A stretch of DNA of 62,530 bases, filler included, from Sphacelaria rigidula (lineage: Eukaryota), in NCBI GenBank assembly GCA_964200075.2. It is 8 parts of 8 records of this genome, joined end to end, with 100 filler letters (N's around TTAATTAATTAA, not from the genome) between each part and the next. Parts side by side here need not be neighbours in the genome. Positions count along the whole stretch, not along the records: positions 7,831 to 15,559 come from CAXNAA020013648.1; positions 15,660 to 23,388 come from CAXNAA020013649.1; positions 23,489 to 31,217 come from CAXNAA020013650.1; 5 more parts are not named here. One strand, given 5' to 3'. Positions 11,353-25,890 of this stretch are shown here, piece after piece. The translations under genes were made by a program, and so were the position numbers. The notes beneath the pieces were generated by a model. That model made no database searches. It worked only from the letters and a program-made list of their open reading frames with translations, and was not told where the DNA came from. The first letter of the stretch is position 1. Each line of letters opens with the position of its first letter.

Positions 11353-14274
11353 ACGGTGGCGCGTCGATATATAGGGCAAATGGTGCGACCCGAACAGCAG
11401 GGGAGTAAAGCGCGGGAAGCCGTCGAAGCGGATTACGGGGATACCAATACCTTCGCAGCAAGCCTTGATCCCGCGGGATTGGGGTTCTTTACCACAGCTG
11501 ACACGGGGCACGCGGGGATGCATATCGCAGTCGGTCATGCGGGGATGCTGTATGCAGATAGTTAGCTTCAGGTCGGTTAGTCTCACCAATACACAAATAA
11601 AAGGCGCAGACATGAACACGCACAATTCGAAGAGTATGGGTGAGCCGCCGAGCGCCGGCGAAGAAGTCTGGTTGAGGGCGTCGGCGGGGCCGGAGACCTC
11701 ATTCCATCCCAATACTAACAGGACGGAGAGCGCAAGAGAGAATGTACTGCAGTATCGCAACGATAAATCAGGGGCTGGTTTTCGTGTTGCAAACATTTTA
11801 TTTCGTACCGATGAGGCACAAGCCTAAGGAAGGTATGAATCACGACATACAGGCCATACCGTAACTTCACCCCCTTCTCCACGAGACGGTGATGTGTGAT
11901 TTCGAGCCTGGCTCTCCTCACTGCTCTTCTCATTATCCTTGTAGCTGCCCTTAACTTGTCCTGTAAGATAAACGTGTTGGGGCTGAATATTGAAGCCACA
12001 CCAACTGCACGGAGGTGCCAATCAGACAAGTGCTACTGAAGCAGATCACGGAAGTACAATATTCTCGGGGTGGAGGACACGATAACTCTGACCCTGATTA
12101 GTTTCCTTTTCTCGTATCTTGACCCTTAGACAGCGAGCGTCGCCTCGGAACAATATCATAGGCTGACAGTCCCGAGACATCCGGGGGTTACCAGGGGGTG
12201 GGGGGGCGTCTGTCCGCAGAGCAGCCAGAAAGCTCACCAAAGCAACCATGCAGTGTTGTTCATTTTCATTAATATGGAGGCGGTATTTTTGGAGATTAGG
12301 CGCCCCAACACAGTACGCCAGGCGTCTGATGATATTGAAAGTTGACGTATGTGTGGACTGAAGCCGCCGGTAGGTGTTGACGCAGCAGTTTCGGCGACCC
12401 AGGGCGTTTGTGCGTTGCGTGGCTTGAAAGGATGATTATGCACGATCCTGCAGTGATTCCGAAAACAAGAACACTTTTCGATGACAATTCTAGAGGGTGA
12501 CGATATGAAATCCGCGCGGAGGCAGGAGTAGATCTTGCCATCCTTGTTGTTTACATCGGCCCTCCGTTGGTCGAGGCTGGCACCAAGGCGGGAAATAACG
12601 AAATAACCCAGCTAAGGTTCTCCATATGTTAGAGGTAGATACCCCTAAGTTTTATACGCCGTGCTGAGCAAGACGCGGGCGCACAACGCAGCCAAGGAGA
12701 TGAATGTCTAATGTCAAAGACCACTGCGGACCTGCTCGGGCAGGGGGCAACGTCTCCTTCCTCACAGTGCCAGACTAACGCGGCGGTTACCGCAATGGTC
12801 TGAAAATGACAGGGGCAGTTGCTGTAGTTTTCTTCCATCATAATCAATCAGATATCCTTCGGTGGTGTGCTCCCACGTGAAGATATTTACCTCTCTCTGG
12901 CAGGCGCGTGATCACATTTGTGCAGAGTTTTCACTTGGTTCCAGAATAGAACAGAGCACGAATTGCACTTGAATTTTTTTCACGGATGAATCGCGGGTAT
13001 TCCAGCCCTGTCGAGGCGTGGCTCGCATCGTACAGTAAGTACTACAGGACTCGTTGTGCTGACACTAGGAAAACACAGTGTCAACTTCGTCGGGCATTAC
13101 CGTGCGCGGATACATATCGTGCAATAAGCGCTTCCTCCTTTCGTAGTGATATGGATCCTTTCCCATCCGGCTGCCAAACGCGCGAATGCTGGTGTGTAGC
13201 TCCACGTATCCGTGCTGATGTGTAGACCTCTCTTCCAAGGGCGTCTGCTCCTCTAGTCTCCACATATGTTAGGCCTTAGAGTATGACCGTCTCCAATTGA
13301 CGCCGCGGATGATGAATTATAATTTCAGTACAATGCCTCCATAATATTGAAAAGGAACAACACTGGATGTGTGCTTGGAAGTTTCCCGCGGAAGATTGTA
13401 AGCCAGGAGTGAGGCCCGAGGGGTGCGGAATGACCATTCTAACCAATCACGGCTGTTAAAATAGTAATTCGGTTCCCTTTCAGGTGGACTACAAGTGGAC
13501 TACTTCGGTGTCTACAGCCGTATTTCCAATTTTGGTTGGGGCAATTCAAGCACAGATGACATGGACACGAACAACGTGCCGTATATTCTGCTCGTCTAAG
13601 CCGCCTTTCTGACCCGTCATATCTTGCCAGCATGGCTTCACTCTGTAGCATTGTTGTGGTACACTAAGCAGAGACATCAGCAGCAAGCAGTAGACTTGTG
13701 TCAAGTGGAGAGCGATGACACGCGGAATAGTTCTTCCCGTTGTGCCCAGCGAAGACATGAAGCACACATACTGTAGATACTGGCTCTCCACGCAACTGAC
13801 TGCAGGGTCGAAACTGGTCCGGGGTTCTTCGGGACCATTTTCTATATAAATGCCAAACATCCACATGTTCATGCGAAATGCGTTTCGTGTAGCGAGAAAA
13901 GAGCTCTTCTGGATCCGACCCCAAGTGTGGCGTAGTCTGACTCAGTCCACCTGCGGGGAGGTCGCTGTCTAAGGGTTAGTCACGTGCACCTTCATCCGCG
14001 ACGGGCTCCAACCTTGAAACCAGCTGCGAGTGATAGTCAAGGATGGCCGGTGGACGAGGTCGTGGGTATCGAACGACCTAGAGTAAATATCGAGCTGTTG
14101 CTGATGCTGTAATGCGATCATTTTTTCTCCCGACAGTCGACAGCTACCCGGCCACTACAGAGAACGTATCACAACGCGAGATGAAACTTGCTCAATTCAG
14201 CCTTCGCCCTATCCGTTTTCTTCACGGTTGGTATTTTCACAAAAACCCGAGACAAGAAATACGAGCCGAGAAAC

Positions 14275-14461
14275 ATTTCATGAGATGGGCGTTCCCGGCT
14301 TGTATTTTCGAAGAAGATGTGAGTCGGGACCGAGAGATATTTTTAGCCGTGCTTCCCAGCCAAGAGATGATTTCATGAAATGGGCGTTCCCGGCTTGTGT
14401 TTTCAAAGAAAATGTGAGCTGGGACCGAGATATATTTTTAGTCGTGCTTTCCAGCCAAGAG
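14275..14461. repeat. ~96-bp imperfect tandem duplication
   Basis: tttcatga.atgggcgttcccggcttgt...gggaccgaga...ccagccaaga occurs twice. Confidence 0.85.
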
Positions 14462-14781
14462 GTGACGAGACTAGAACCGTTTGCCGGCGCGCCCCGCAGG
14501 AGAGGCGCGCAGAAGATGTTTGTGCCCTTCTTCGTCATCTGGAGGGCTCTCCTGGTAGTTATTTCGAACATCCCCCAGCGGCGTCCACAGACTAGAACAG
14601 ACTTCGCGTCGCCATTCCGGCGCACGCAAAATGGCGTCAGGGGTTGATGATCTCTTGGCATCGACCGTGCTGTCGAAAACGTGCAGCACAAACGGTACTA
14701 CACTTTCTGTGCCGCCGCATACAGTGCAGGATGTAGGTGTAAGTTTGCACGTGGCAGTCCAGCGGCTGTACTAATAAAAAG

Positions 14782-14866
14782 GATGCGGACAACGTGAGAG
14801 ATGCGGACAACGTGGAAGATGTGGACAACGTGGATGATGTGGACAACGTGGAAGATGTGGACAGCG
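14782..14866. repeat. 18-bp minisatellite (~5 units)
   Basis: Repeats of gatg(c/t)ggacaacgtgga(a/t). Confidence 0.85.
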
Positions 14867-16014
14867 TGCAGTGTAGACAGTAATAGGCGGTACAGTACTG
14901 TTCATACTGCCGCATGCAACGGTAGGATGCAGATGTCAATTTGCACACAGTAGTACAGCGGCTGTACTAAGTATGATGAGGAAAGGGTGCAGTACAGACA
15001 GAACTAGAGTGTACAGTCTATCGTACAGACAGAACTAGAGTGTACAGTCTATCTGTACTGCTGCAGAGAGTAGCATGAAGAGGTCGGTTTGCACACAGTA
15101 CGAGCTGGGCCAGTAGTCATCGGGGGAGGTCTATGTTGCACATGTTCTTCAACCAACACAGGAAGCTTGGCATGGCGGAGTCTTTGTATCCCGCCTTCGT
15201 GTGCATATATATACATATATCCCTTCGTATCACACAGACCATACTTGTAGTACCCGCCGCTCTTCTGGTACCTCCCGCCGCTCTTTTACCCCCCCGTGCG
15301 AAGCCCCGAAAAAAATATGTGAAACTATGAGAGGGGCTCAATATTTCTGGATGAATGTTGTACACGTTTTTATTTTTGTCGATTCAAACAGAAATGGGGC
15401 TAAAAAAAATACCAACCGTAAGAAGCGGTCTTCGGCCTTGCCTTACGTATCGAGACGTGAAAAAAGGGGGGGGGGGGGGGGGGACCCCGGTCGGAAAACC
15501 CACCCCCTGAACCCCCGCCCCGGCCACAACCCCTATCCCCGCCTCTCCTTGAAAAAAAANNNNNNNNNNNNNNNNNNNNNNNNNNNNNNNNNNNNNNNNN
15601 NNNTTAATTAATTAANNNNNNNNNNNNNNNNNNNNNNNNNNNNNNNNNNNNNNNNNNNNTTTCGGGCTTTTGGGGGAGAGCGGGAAAAGTGTCCTACGGC
15701 TTTTGTCTGTTTTAAGACAAATCCTCCCCCCCCCCCCCCCCCTCCTTCCTTGTCCCGCCCCCCGCGCGCGCGTTCGCGATGTTCTTCATCCCCTTGGGAA
15801 CGCGTGGCCGCTAGTTTTTATAGCAACAGCATGCAACACACGAGATTTACCCGCGTTCATTGCTTGCGTGTCGAAGCCGTGCTCCTGACGGAGTCGCTCA
15901 ACTCCTCTCAGATTTTCGTTTTGCGTCGCGCTTGCGTTGCGCTAGGAGAGAGAACCGGCCCGAACCCCCCGCGTCTGAGTGCCCTTTGCGCCGACTGTCG
16001 CTGCGCTGCAACAG

Positions 16015-19000
16015 GGAGCACAACACGGAGTTATTGCGACGCATGGTGCTTGAAGATGGGAGCGTTCTGAAGCCGCCTGCGAATGCCCTGCCGTGCCTCA
16101 AGTCGCTCTTCGTCGACCCACAGAGGGACCCCGATGCTTTGCTGTGCATTTGGAATGAGTGCCCGGCTCCAGGACACGGGGTGCTGGTGAGATAGAGACG
16201 GAGATCCAGGAAGACACTAGATAGTTGGGAAATTCAGGGGGGTGGAAGGAAACACACACGGACACGGGAGGCAAACACGAAGAAGCGGGCATTATAGGGA
16301 TTGTTGCACTGACAGCCCCAGCGATCGACATAGCATTGCACATCGATGGTAGTTAAGGTGGATGGTGTCTGTTCGAATCTGTAGGCAATACAGTAGTTTG
16401 GTAGGTGGTTTACGTTGTCGTCGTCATCGTCGTCATCGTCGTCGTCGTCCAAAACATGAGAACGAGAGGTGCAAAAAACAAAATCACGGACTTTCGAGGG
16501 TTTTGCTCCAGGGCTCAACACTGAACTTCATGCGGGAGGTGTCTGGGCGGAGATGGATTGATCTGATACTTTTGTGACTGCAACCTCGCCCCGAACAAAC
16601 GGGAGGGAGTCAAAGGCACGCTACAGGAAGGAAAATATAACAAGACTTCCATGCCTTCGGCCCCTTTTTCTCAGTCTTGGTCTCGAAGGTGCAAGTCTGT
16701 TTGCGTCCATTTGTCGCATTAGCGGTGTTATTTTGATTATTGTGCACGCTGGAGGGACTGTGAACGTTTCCGCTACTGTGAAGGTCTCCCTCGAGGCGTC
16801 GTCGTCCTCGGAGAGTTAGGAGAGACGCTTCGGTAAACGTATAGGCACTCACGCGTATGATTCTGAGGCACGAGTTTCACACTCTCAGCAACAATATCTG
16901 AAGCGGGGGGGGCACTTGGTTGCCCGCCTGCGAGGCACACGTGATTTTTTGTCGACCGGTTTCAAGCATATGTGCTTCTGTTGTGCAGCACGTTGTGTTT
17001 TAGAGATTTTCGTGATCGTTCAAGACATATCCAGCCTTTTCAGCAGCTGTACAGTGTCCAGCACATTGGAGTATGTCCACATGCACGCCTCAAAAATCTT
17101 TTCGCCAGTGGTGGTGGTGACAAAAAAAAAAGAGAAACAGACTTTAACTCACCGAAGCAAACGTTTTTACATAGCTGCCCTGCCCGCTCCCCTTTACCCC
17201 TCCTACCGTCTGTCCACGCGGTTTACTACCGTACGGCTGTGACTCAGGCGATGTTCAATCTGTTCGGGTCAGCCTGGAACCAGGGGCGACGTACGTACGC
17301 TGCCGTTCGCGGCAAGAATGGCGATGGCAACGGTAACGGGAACAACAATGGCAGCGGAAACGGTTATGGCGGGAATCCGTCGACGTCTACCCTTGGCGGT
17401 GGTTTTGGTGAAGCGACAGCGCGAGAGCTTGATACTGTGGTAGGGGAGATGAAGGCCAGCGACTGTTATCATCTGTTGCGTGAACATCACGCTCAAGTGG
17501 GGGAGGGGGGATCAGGGAGCGGAGGTGGCGTCGCGGAACCAAGGTGATGCGTTGATAGGTCGTATTTGTGGGTGGTGGGGGCTTTCCAGCACTGGTTGGG
17601 TGTCGCACGACAGGAGAAGGATGAGTGTCAGATTAAAAAGGGCATCGACGTTTTTTTCTGTTCTCTCCCTTGTCCGAAGTAGTTCCCCTATGTATACTTG
17701 GTGCGATGAAATGAAAACGTGGCGTCCCGGTTTGTTGGCAAGGTGAGTCCGTGTCTCTCTCAGTTCGTGCCCTCAGCTCCCCCTCCCCCGGGGTGTCGGT
17801 TGGCAATGGCGCTGTAAAACACGCACTCATTGCGTGAGCTAGTCAACCAGGTTACCGTTTTTTTGCGCACGCTTGCGTTTGTTCTGGGCAACCATGATGA
17901 TGGTCGAGCTAGATCATATTGTGCGGGGTGGGATAATCTCACTTTCGACCAAAGGGGATGATCATACTACCGTAGTTTAATGGTGAGACATCCATGAGGC
18001 AGTGTGTAAGCCATGATTGTCTCTGGGAGTGGCGATACCAGAGAATAACCAGCTCATTGGAGGCTTTCATCCAAATGCAAGATGTTCAGTACGCTTCGGC
18101 CTGAACTATCCTAGCAGGATGCAGCTCACCCTTCATACGACTCGCCGAACACAAGACGATCCTTCGTGCTTGGTGATTGATTGCGAGAGTCTGGTCCGGC
18201 GAAAACCCGGCGCGCTACGTCCAGGCTATGTAGGGATGCGGGGTCAATGGTCATATGACCACGGCGTGCAATATCATCACTGCACCCCCCCCCTCCCCCC
18301 TCCCGTTCCACCTACATTTATTTCTGTCGGTTTTGTCTCAAATATCAGGTACGCGATGTATTTCCACTTCTCTGGGAGGTTGCTAGTCGGGAGTTTGCAC
18401 GAAGCGCACGAGTTGCAGGTGGACAGGGGAAAGTCAGAGGTGGCGGCGGTCAGCAAGATCTTGATCTTCGATACCCCTCTAGGCCCGGTAAGCTGTTTCT
18501 GTCCACTTTATGTCCTTATTTGTCACAATTCACTGACTGTTTTGTTTTGCTGGTTTGTACGTAGAGCGACGCTGATTTTCGAGTTTTTTCAAAGTGCACC
18601 TCCTCTGGATTCCTCTTAATCGATGTGTGCATTTGTGCGTTCATTTCGTTGCTTTTTTTACGGGGAAAACGACCTCTTTTTGGCGTGCCGTTTGTGTGTA
18701 TGAGCGGGCGGGAGTGTATGCAGTGTCTGTGTCTGGGGAATTGTTTGGTATATACAGTGGTCCAGACACGGCGCTTGTTAGTTGGCGTGCATCCGCGTGA
18801 AGCGCGGCGTGGTCCGCGAGGAGCGGGCGTGTCTTCACCTCCCGGAAATCTGTGCACGCAAGGGTCTACGGTCGGAAGGCCGAGACACGCGGTTCATACA
18901 CGTACTCTCTAAAGTAGATTCCTGTGCTGTACGTATATCCATGGTTGTTTTTTGTTCACCGTCGTCGCCGCCACCATTTTTTTCCTCCTTTTTCCGCGCG

Positions 19001-20719
19001 GTGAAAAAAATCAATCACAGGCTGAATTTGCCAGCATTGGGCTTGTCGACATGTTCAACGCTGGTGGTGCCGTAGTGACGGAAGAGCTCTTACCGCCCGT
19101 GTCCGCGCCGGCGGTCAGTCTTGTGAGCGGAAACGGGGAAATCGCGGGGGTAGCGATGATGGTGAGTTGAGATTCGTGCCTTTTCATTGCTCGTGGTGGG
19201 AAAAAAGATGGCCTTAATAGAGAGTTTCGGAAAACGCTTTTTCGTCATTTGAGAGAGTAAATATCTCAAAATCAGAGTGCAGAATTAAAAAATAAACCTC
19301 ATAGAAAAAAGTTGAGGGAATATCATATTTGACGGAGGGGAAAATAACTTTTCGTTACACTCTGACCCTGAGATATTTGCACTCTGAAATGACAACAAAA
19401 CGTTTTCCAAAACTCTCTAGTGATGTAAGTGTGCGCAACACGCGCTATCGCCCGTTTGCTTTGCAGGCATGGTCGTACATCGGCATTGCTTTGTAGGCTC
19501 TCGAGTCGTGTTTTTAATGTCGGATAAGTAGTCTGAGTCGTTTCGTTGGCATGCCTCGCGTGACCGTCGAGGTCGTCATGCACAGTAGTCCATGTGGAAC
19601 ACTCCATGCATGCCAGTGCGCCGATTTGTTCTCATTTGGTATTGATGTTTGTAGTTTAATACATAGCTGTATAATAGTACTTTTGCTGCCCTACGCGCAG
19701 AAATCCGGGGAAAATCTTCATGCGGTCAACGGGACGCTTTGGGGCGTTGGTGTTCCCCGTCTTCCGTTTCTTTTTGTTTTCGTTCTTGTATGTGTTCCAC
19801 TCGATTGTCTTCTTCTTTTCCTCTCTTTTTACGAAAAACAATGTTGCTTTCGGTGCTCGTCTTTGCCAATATGACCCTATTTGTTCGGCGTGGATGGCCG
19901 CCTTTGCAACATGTGTGTGACCGACGCGACAAGGTGGATTTGTGTGTAACCGTATGGGCAGCGTATATCTTTGCTCTCCAGTGGACAAACTAGTATATTG
20001 TCGGGTAGTTGGGCGGAGTACAAGTAGTGAGTCCTTATCCTGGCGTACGAGAAAAGTCGACGGGCGAAGGCAGCACTGATGGTCATGCTCCAAATGCTCG
20101 ATTACGAAGTGCAAAGCAGGTAGAGAAAACGGTATGAACTGAGGTCCTCATCGCGCAATATGGTGCTGTGTACATTTATTTCTAGTTATTCGTTTTTTTT
20201 CTTGAGCCAAGATGATTGTTATCTACTGCGTCATACTATTCAAAATAATATTTTTGGACTGTTTGGTTTGTTTCTTCCCATTCGAACGGATCATCTTGAT
20301 ATCTTCACTTCGAATGTCAAGGGAGATATTGAAAGTGAATGGTGACACCGCGCTGTAGCCGGCAAACGATCTGTTGAGACTGGTCGTCTATACCCACTGT
20401 CATTTTTTCTCCCCGTCCTGACTATTTGCGGCCGCCCCCACCACAGGTGAAGGGTAGCGGGAGATTCATGGTACACTGCTCCCTGCGGCCGACCGCTGTT
20501 TTATTTGAGGGCGCACCTATCGAGTTCACCCATGGAGAACACGCCGAGACAGGAGTTTCAGCCCTTGAGGTCGTGCTACCAAGAGGCTTCACTGGCGTGC
20601 CACGGCAGCTCCTGGTGCAATGGGGGGAGGCATCGCCTCGGGCAGGGATAATGGCTGGATCGCCGACGGGTGTACCCGACGTGGCGACGGGAGGGGCTGG
20701 GGGGGGACGACGGCGGTGA
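16015..20719 (+). CDS. GH36 raffinose synthase / seed imbibition protein (alkaline alpha-galactosidase) family, 5'-partial; exons 16015-16186, 17248-17543, 17683-17742, 18349-18487, 19021-19161, 20447-20719
   Basis: GT-AG exons with compatible phases give EHNTELLRRMVLEDGSVL...SLFVDPQRDPDALLCIWN...AMFNLFGSAW...EFASIGLVDMFNAGGAV...VKGSGRFMVHCSLRP. These match the family motifs HNFELLKKLVLPDGS, LFxDPxRDGKSLLKIWN, FAPIGLVNMFNSGGA and VKGCGRF. Confidence 0.9.
18192..18300 (+). repeat. Short dispersed (SINE-like) repeat; copies at ~24362-24450 (+) and ~32450-32500 (-)
   Basis: ctggtccggcg.aaacccggcgcgct.cgtcc.ggct.tgtagggatgc is shared by three contigs and resembles the 3' end of the LINE at 7315-7350. 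Confidence 0.7.
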
Positions 20720-23488
20720 AGCTTTGTCTGAGCGAGATGGCGCGCGGTGTTGTGTTCTGTCATGATCAACATTCAGGGAGATATTGACGGCATGTTGAGG
20801 AGAAATTGAGAAATGATAATCTAGGTTCTTGAAATTGAAAATTCGCGACCGTTGCTTATTTCTTCTTCCTTTTCTTCTTTTTTCACAGAAAGTTGTGGAA
20901 CACCCGTGCGTGTGACTGGTTGGAGTTTAGATGGAAAGGAAATTATTTGTGTGTGTGTGTGCTCTTGCTTTCCTCTTTGTTTCTTCGTTCGGGGGGTTTG
21001 GTCGACTTCGGGGGGTTCGTAGGACTTGTTTCTCTGTTCCCTCTTCAATTTTTGTATCAGACAGATAAGACACAGAGGGAGGGAGAGATCGGCAATCAGG
21101 TCGACAGGCAGGAAGAAAAACAGAGAAGCGCGTAGATGTCCTCGATTTGGAGCATGTTGAGGTGCTCTTCAGTCCATCAAGTGCGCCCGCCCTCTGTTTA
21201 TGCCGTGCTCGTGTCGGGACCTCGAGTGCTGTCGTGTCGGCCCCCGTACAAGTCTGTCAAGTCAAGTCACATCGTGGTACGGTGGGTTGTCAAAGAGAAT
21301 CAAATCCACGAAGTAGTGCATACCGCATCATGCTGTACAAGTGCGTGGTAGGTGCTATTGAGTCTTCATTTAACGCTTTAGAACGTACGGCGTGATTTAG
21401 ACACAACGATCACGGGATTCTGGGGCGAGTGCGTGTACAACCGTGCTAGAGGTGCGTACGATGGTGAGCGATCGATTCAACGCAACGTCCACACTGCCAT
21501 CTGTGTTTTCCGTCGGGTATCGCCCTGTCCTGACCTCGGCGTACTTGATGGTTATTACAGCGATGCAGGGGCAAATGTACCACTGCTCTTTTTGTTCGTG
21601 TGGTATACGTATGCACACAGCGTTCTCGCTAGCTGCTGCACCCCCTTTTTTATTGTTGCCATGTCGTGTGCGGAGTCTTGGCATAACCCCCCCCCCCCCG
21701 TAAATTATTGCCACGTGTACGCAGCGTCGGGGGTAATGCCAAGTGTTCTCTCTCACTGACCTGACTCTGCATTCCTGGTATACCGAAGCGTATGTAGTAC
21801 AAGCAGGTCCAACTGAAACGCGAGTGTCCACGAGTTCCCAAGCTTGGATATCAGATCTGTTGTACTACTGTTGTACGTGTGTCAGCTATTTTAGTGGTAA
21901 CCCCCCCGCCCCCTCCCCCTCTTGTCCCCTACCCACTCCATTCCGCCTTGAGTGCTCGAGGAAGTAACGGTTCGCCCCTTGCACCTCGAAAAATATTTGA
22001 CTTGTTTGTTCGCCAGACGTGTCGGCGATGGAATCTTTCTTCACCATCTGGTAGAAGCTGGACGGTACCAAGCGTTGGCGGATGTAGACGCACGCTTCTA
22101 CAGGTATCTCAAACTTGAGCTTCCCAGTATATTCAACCGTAATGTAGTGTCAAACATACAGGGAACCTCGAGAGTGAGATACCTCTACTATGCCCCTTTT
22201 CTTGATCGACTGGGGAAAGGGTGTTATCTGTTGACATCGGTTGACAGTCGCGCGGCCCACGGTGCGGAAAGAGGCGGAAGTCTTTTAGGTTTGGGACATA
22301 AACGGACATGCTCGTGTAGCATCAAGGTGTGCTGCGTTGGCTTTCAGCACATCACATTATGCGCGGAGCATACAAGTACGGTGTCGAGTGTAGTGGAAGA
22401 TCAAAACTTGGGATACGGGTAACAGTAGACGGAGGGGTGGTGCCATAAATTGCCTTTAGGAGACATCGAAGTGCCGAGGCTTCTCGGACGAGATCCGGAC
22501 AACAGCGTGTCGTTCAACAATTCGTGCATAGATGACGCCTAGTGCCACACTGCTTTCTCGTCCGTTGCACTGCTGTTGCTGAAGTGATCGCGGCAGCAAA
22601 ACACCCGTACCCGAATGTATTCTTGCGGAAGTGCTTTGCTGTGTTTTCTATGGTCACTCTCTTCGTGAGATTACGCGCTCTCATTATAGCGGGTTGGTGT
22701 ATTCGCGTAGGGTGGTCGTAAACAGTTTGATGTGGACGCATGTAGACTCATCAGTCTAGTGGGGGTGATGAGGAATAAGTTGCAGTACCCACGCGAACCC
22801 GCGCACACACACATGAGAGGAACTGCTAGACAGTGATACTTGCATTGCCTCTTCCTCTTTAGTCAGACTGTACCTCGGCAGTTCGCACTCCTTTACTGTC
22901 TGCTTCTGGAGTTGGCATGTTAGACACGCATGCGCAGTTTTGCTCGTGGAATATGCGGTGTTATCAAGTATGAGGTAGAGATTCAGCGGAGCAGAAGACG
23001 TGCTATTTGTTATGTTGTGTAGAAGGCAATCGGGCGCGCCCCTACGCTTTTGTTGGCGCGCCACCCGCATGATTCGTGCTCGCCACGCTCAGTGTGTAGT
23101 CGCATGGGACGACTCATGTGTGCAGAACACTTGCATCATTGCTTTATCGTCGACAATCGATGAAGTTCGTTGAATAGTAGATATCAAGAAGGTGATTCAT
23201 TGCGAATGGCAATCGCCTTGTCGCCGGTGTCAAGATCAATAGCCGGGCATGCGGCATTACTTTCATGTGAGCTTTTTGTATCTGCTATAGTCGACACTTT
23301 CTACGATAGCCCCCCCCCCCCCCAAAAGAAAAGGCTCTGGGAGGCAAAACCTTCACACAAAAAACAAAAAAACGACGTAGAGGGAAAANNNNNNNNNNNN
23401 NNNNNNNNNNNNNNNNNNNNNNNNNNNNNNNNTTAATTAATTAANNNNNNNNNNNNNNNNNNNNNNNNNNNNNNNNNNNNNNNNNNNN

Positions 23489-23592
23489 TGGAAAGGCGAG
23501 CCTACGTCTGTGACCACGGGTTCGCGAGATCGGACTAATGTGCGGAAATAATAATAATGACAAGAAGAAGAAGAAGAAGAAGAAGAAGAAGA
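23489..23592 (+). repeat. LINE/SINE 3' terminus with (AAT)n tail followed by (AAG)n microsatellite
   Basis: tggaaaggcgagcc.acgtctgtgaccacgggttcgcga.atcggactaatgtgcggaaataataataat is nearly identical to 61064-61133. Confidence 0.75.
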
Positions 23593-23956
23593 AAAGGCCG
23601 TGTCAAGATAGAGTAGGTACCGTATGAAGAATGTATTTCACCCTTCTTATTTTACTGGGTTCATGAAACGAGGAAAATACCATCTCACGCTCATTTTGGT
23701 GCTATAGTGCTGTGTGAATCGACTTTTCCCTGGTCGATTGCCTAGACTTCCCAACGTATGCTCCATCTTCGTACATATCCCAAAGCTATTTCGGCAGCGT
23801 CAAAGGAGAAACAATGATAAATATTGAACTATCGAGTCAGCGCTTCACTATTGCAATATGTTGGACTGTTCTACTCAACAAGGGAACTCCTCGAATTGAA
23901 TTGCACCATACGCTCACCGAACGGTGATGCTTTCTCGTTTTTTTCCCTTCAAGTAG

Positions 23957-25852
23957 GTTGGTAACCAGATCATCGAGGCTCCGATGGCGTGGCGCTCCCG
24001 CTTTTTTGAGTATCGTCCGTTCAGATCTTTGGTAAAGAACTACTTCGAGCAGGGTGGCATGTGGACGGCAGCCCCAAAGCCGGAGATGTCAGACGACCTC
24101 TTCGTTCCCGAAGATCAGTGGGAGGTGAGATATGGGCATTACTATGTGGTCCAATGCACTGCTGCGGAGTGTCGCGCAACATTGACGCCTTATTACACGC
24201 ATCATTGCGAGCAAATGTAGAACTGTTTGAAGGAGTAGGAATTGCAGCTGTACAGCTGTACAGTTGAAATTTTCAAGATCCATTTCATAATCGCTATTCC
24301 GTGCATGGTTACTATTTTGTCTTCTTCTGTTACCTACTGTTAACCCCCCTCCCCTCCCCCCCCTGGTCCGGCGGAAACCCGGCGCGCTCCGTCCCGGCTT
24401 TGTAGGGATGCAAGGCCAATGGTCTTACGATTACGGCATGCAAGATCATGGACAACCCCCCCCCCCCCCTCCCCCCCTTCCCCTTTTGCCCAGGGAGAAT
24501 TCGTAGTCTCAAGAAATCGATATCTCTTTCCTCCCGTGCCCGCCTTGCAATGGGTCACCGATCATTGAATGGATACGCTCAGAGCCTGTCCACTTTATAT
24601 CGTATTTTTTCCACCAGCTCACGTTCTCACACTTCCCGCCGCGAAAGAAACCTATGAAATAAATGAACACCATTGGGATTCAAATCCACTACTCCATTCA
24701 ACTAGCCGGTGACTTTCTAGTTCAACCATCAGGACGCAGCGGCTTTAAACACACACATTAACCTACATCCTGTTTTTTAGTCTCGCAAAAACCATAGCAC
24801 TAATGTTGTGGACCGTCACTCCACGTGCCATACCAAAACTGGATTGCGGATCACAACTTGAGCACTGCATCTGTTGATCAAGCCGAACAAATAGCCAGAA
24901 TACCGAATACCAACCCCCCGGTGAGCAGTGGAAACACTAATGCTGTATCGCCCTTCACGCTCCCTCCCTTCATATCCCACTCCTTGGCCGCCTCACCCAA
25001 CAACCGTCCCTTGACCATGTTTGTCTATTCGCACAAAAGGAGGGCGAGGGGAAATTTGTAACGACGGAGTACGAACCGGTGTTCGACGCGGCCGAGTTCA
25101 CGAGGCTAGGCAAAGATATATTCTGCCAAAGGTCAGTATATTTTGAGATAACAAGATTGTAGCTCCGGATGAAAAAAAAGGAGGGGGGAGGAGGAGGGAG
25201 GGGGGGGCTTCTGGCTTATCCCATCTTGAGGGGATAAGGTGAAAATATGCTCGATCTTGCTTTGAAGAGTTGTCGTATTCCCTTGTTCAGTGCGTTTTCT
25301 ATTGAAGAGCATTTGACGGGAGTTGCTCACACCATTCGGTTGACGAAACGATTTCATGTTATGTTTGCCTCTTAAGCATTGCCCACCTCACGGCTTACAG
25401 AGTAGGTAGCTCACCTGGCATTATGTTTTTTCCACGTCCGCCCAAATATCCGTCATTATTGTAATGCGTATCTGTAGGACTTCACCAAGTGGAACAATGG
25501 TTACATCTTGTTTCCTGCCTGGATATGTTTACAATACAGTTCATTTTCCCCCCACGCATTATTTTTCAAGGCTTAATGTGTGATTTGTACGGAATAGAGC
25601 ACAAGGATCGTTCCTTGTCGCACAGTTCGCGGTGTGGGGTACAAGCGGTAGTCTCATCGTTGATCGAAGACATCACGACGTATTCCGGATATTGCTCGTT
25701 CTCCCCCACCTCTGAGACCAGATATGTTGTGGTTAAATCTACAAGAAAATGCTGAATTTGTTTAATTATCCTTCGCCGAAGGAAAAAATAGCCCCTCGAG
25801 GCGCATGCGTGCCGCAGTACTGCATGAACATTGGTTGATTGGTTGATTGCCG

Positions 25853-25890
<38 letters not shown>

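Noticed and set aside
13300-14160. Possible decayed transposase on the minus strand
   Set aside because: Fragmented frames with no convincing catalytic motif.
21952-22422. 156-aa ORF (MLEEVTVRPLHLEKY...)
   Set aside because: No recognisable domain or linked exons; cannot be supported as a gene.
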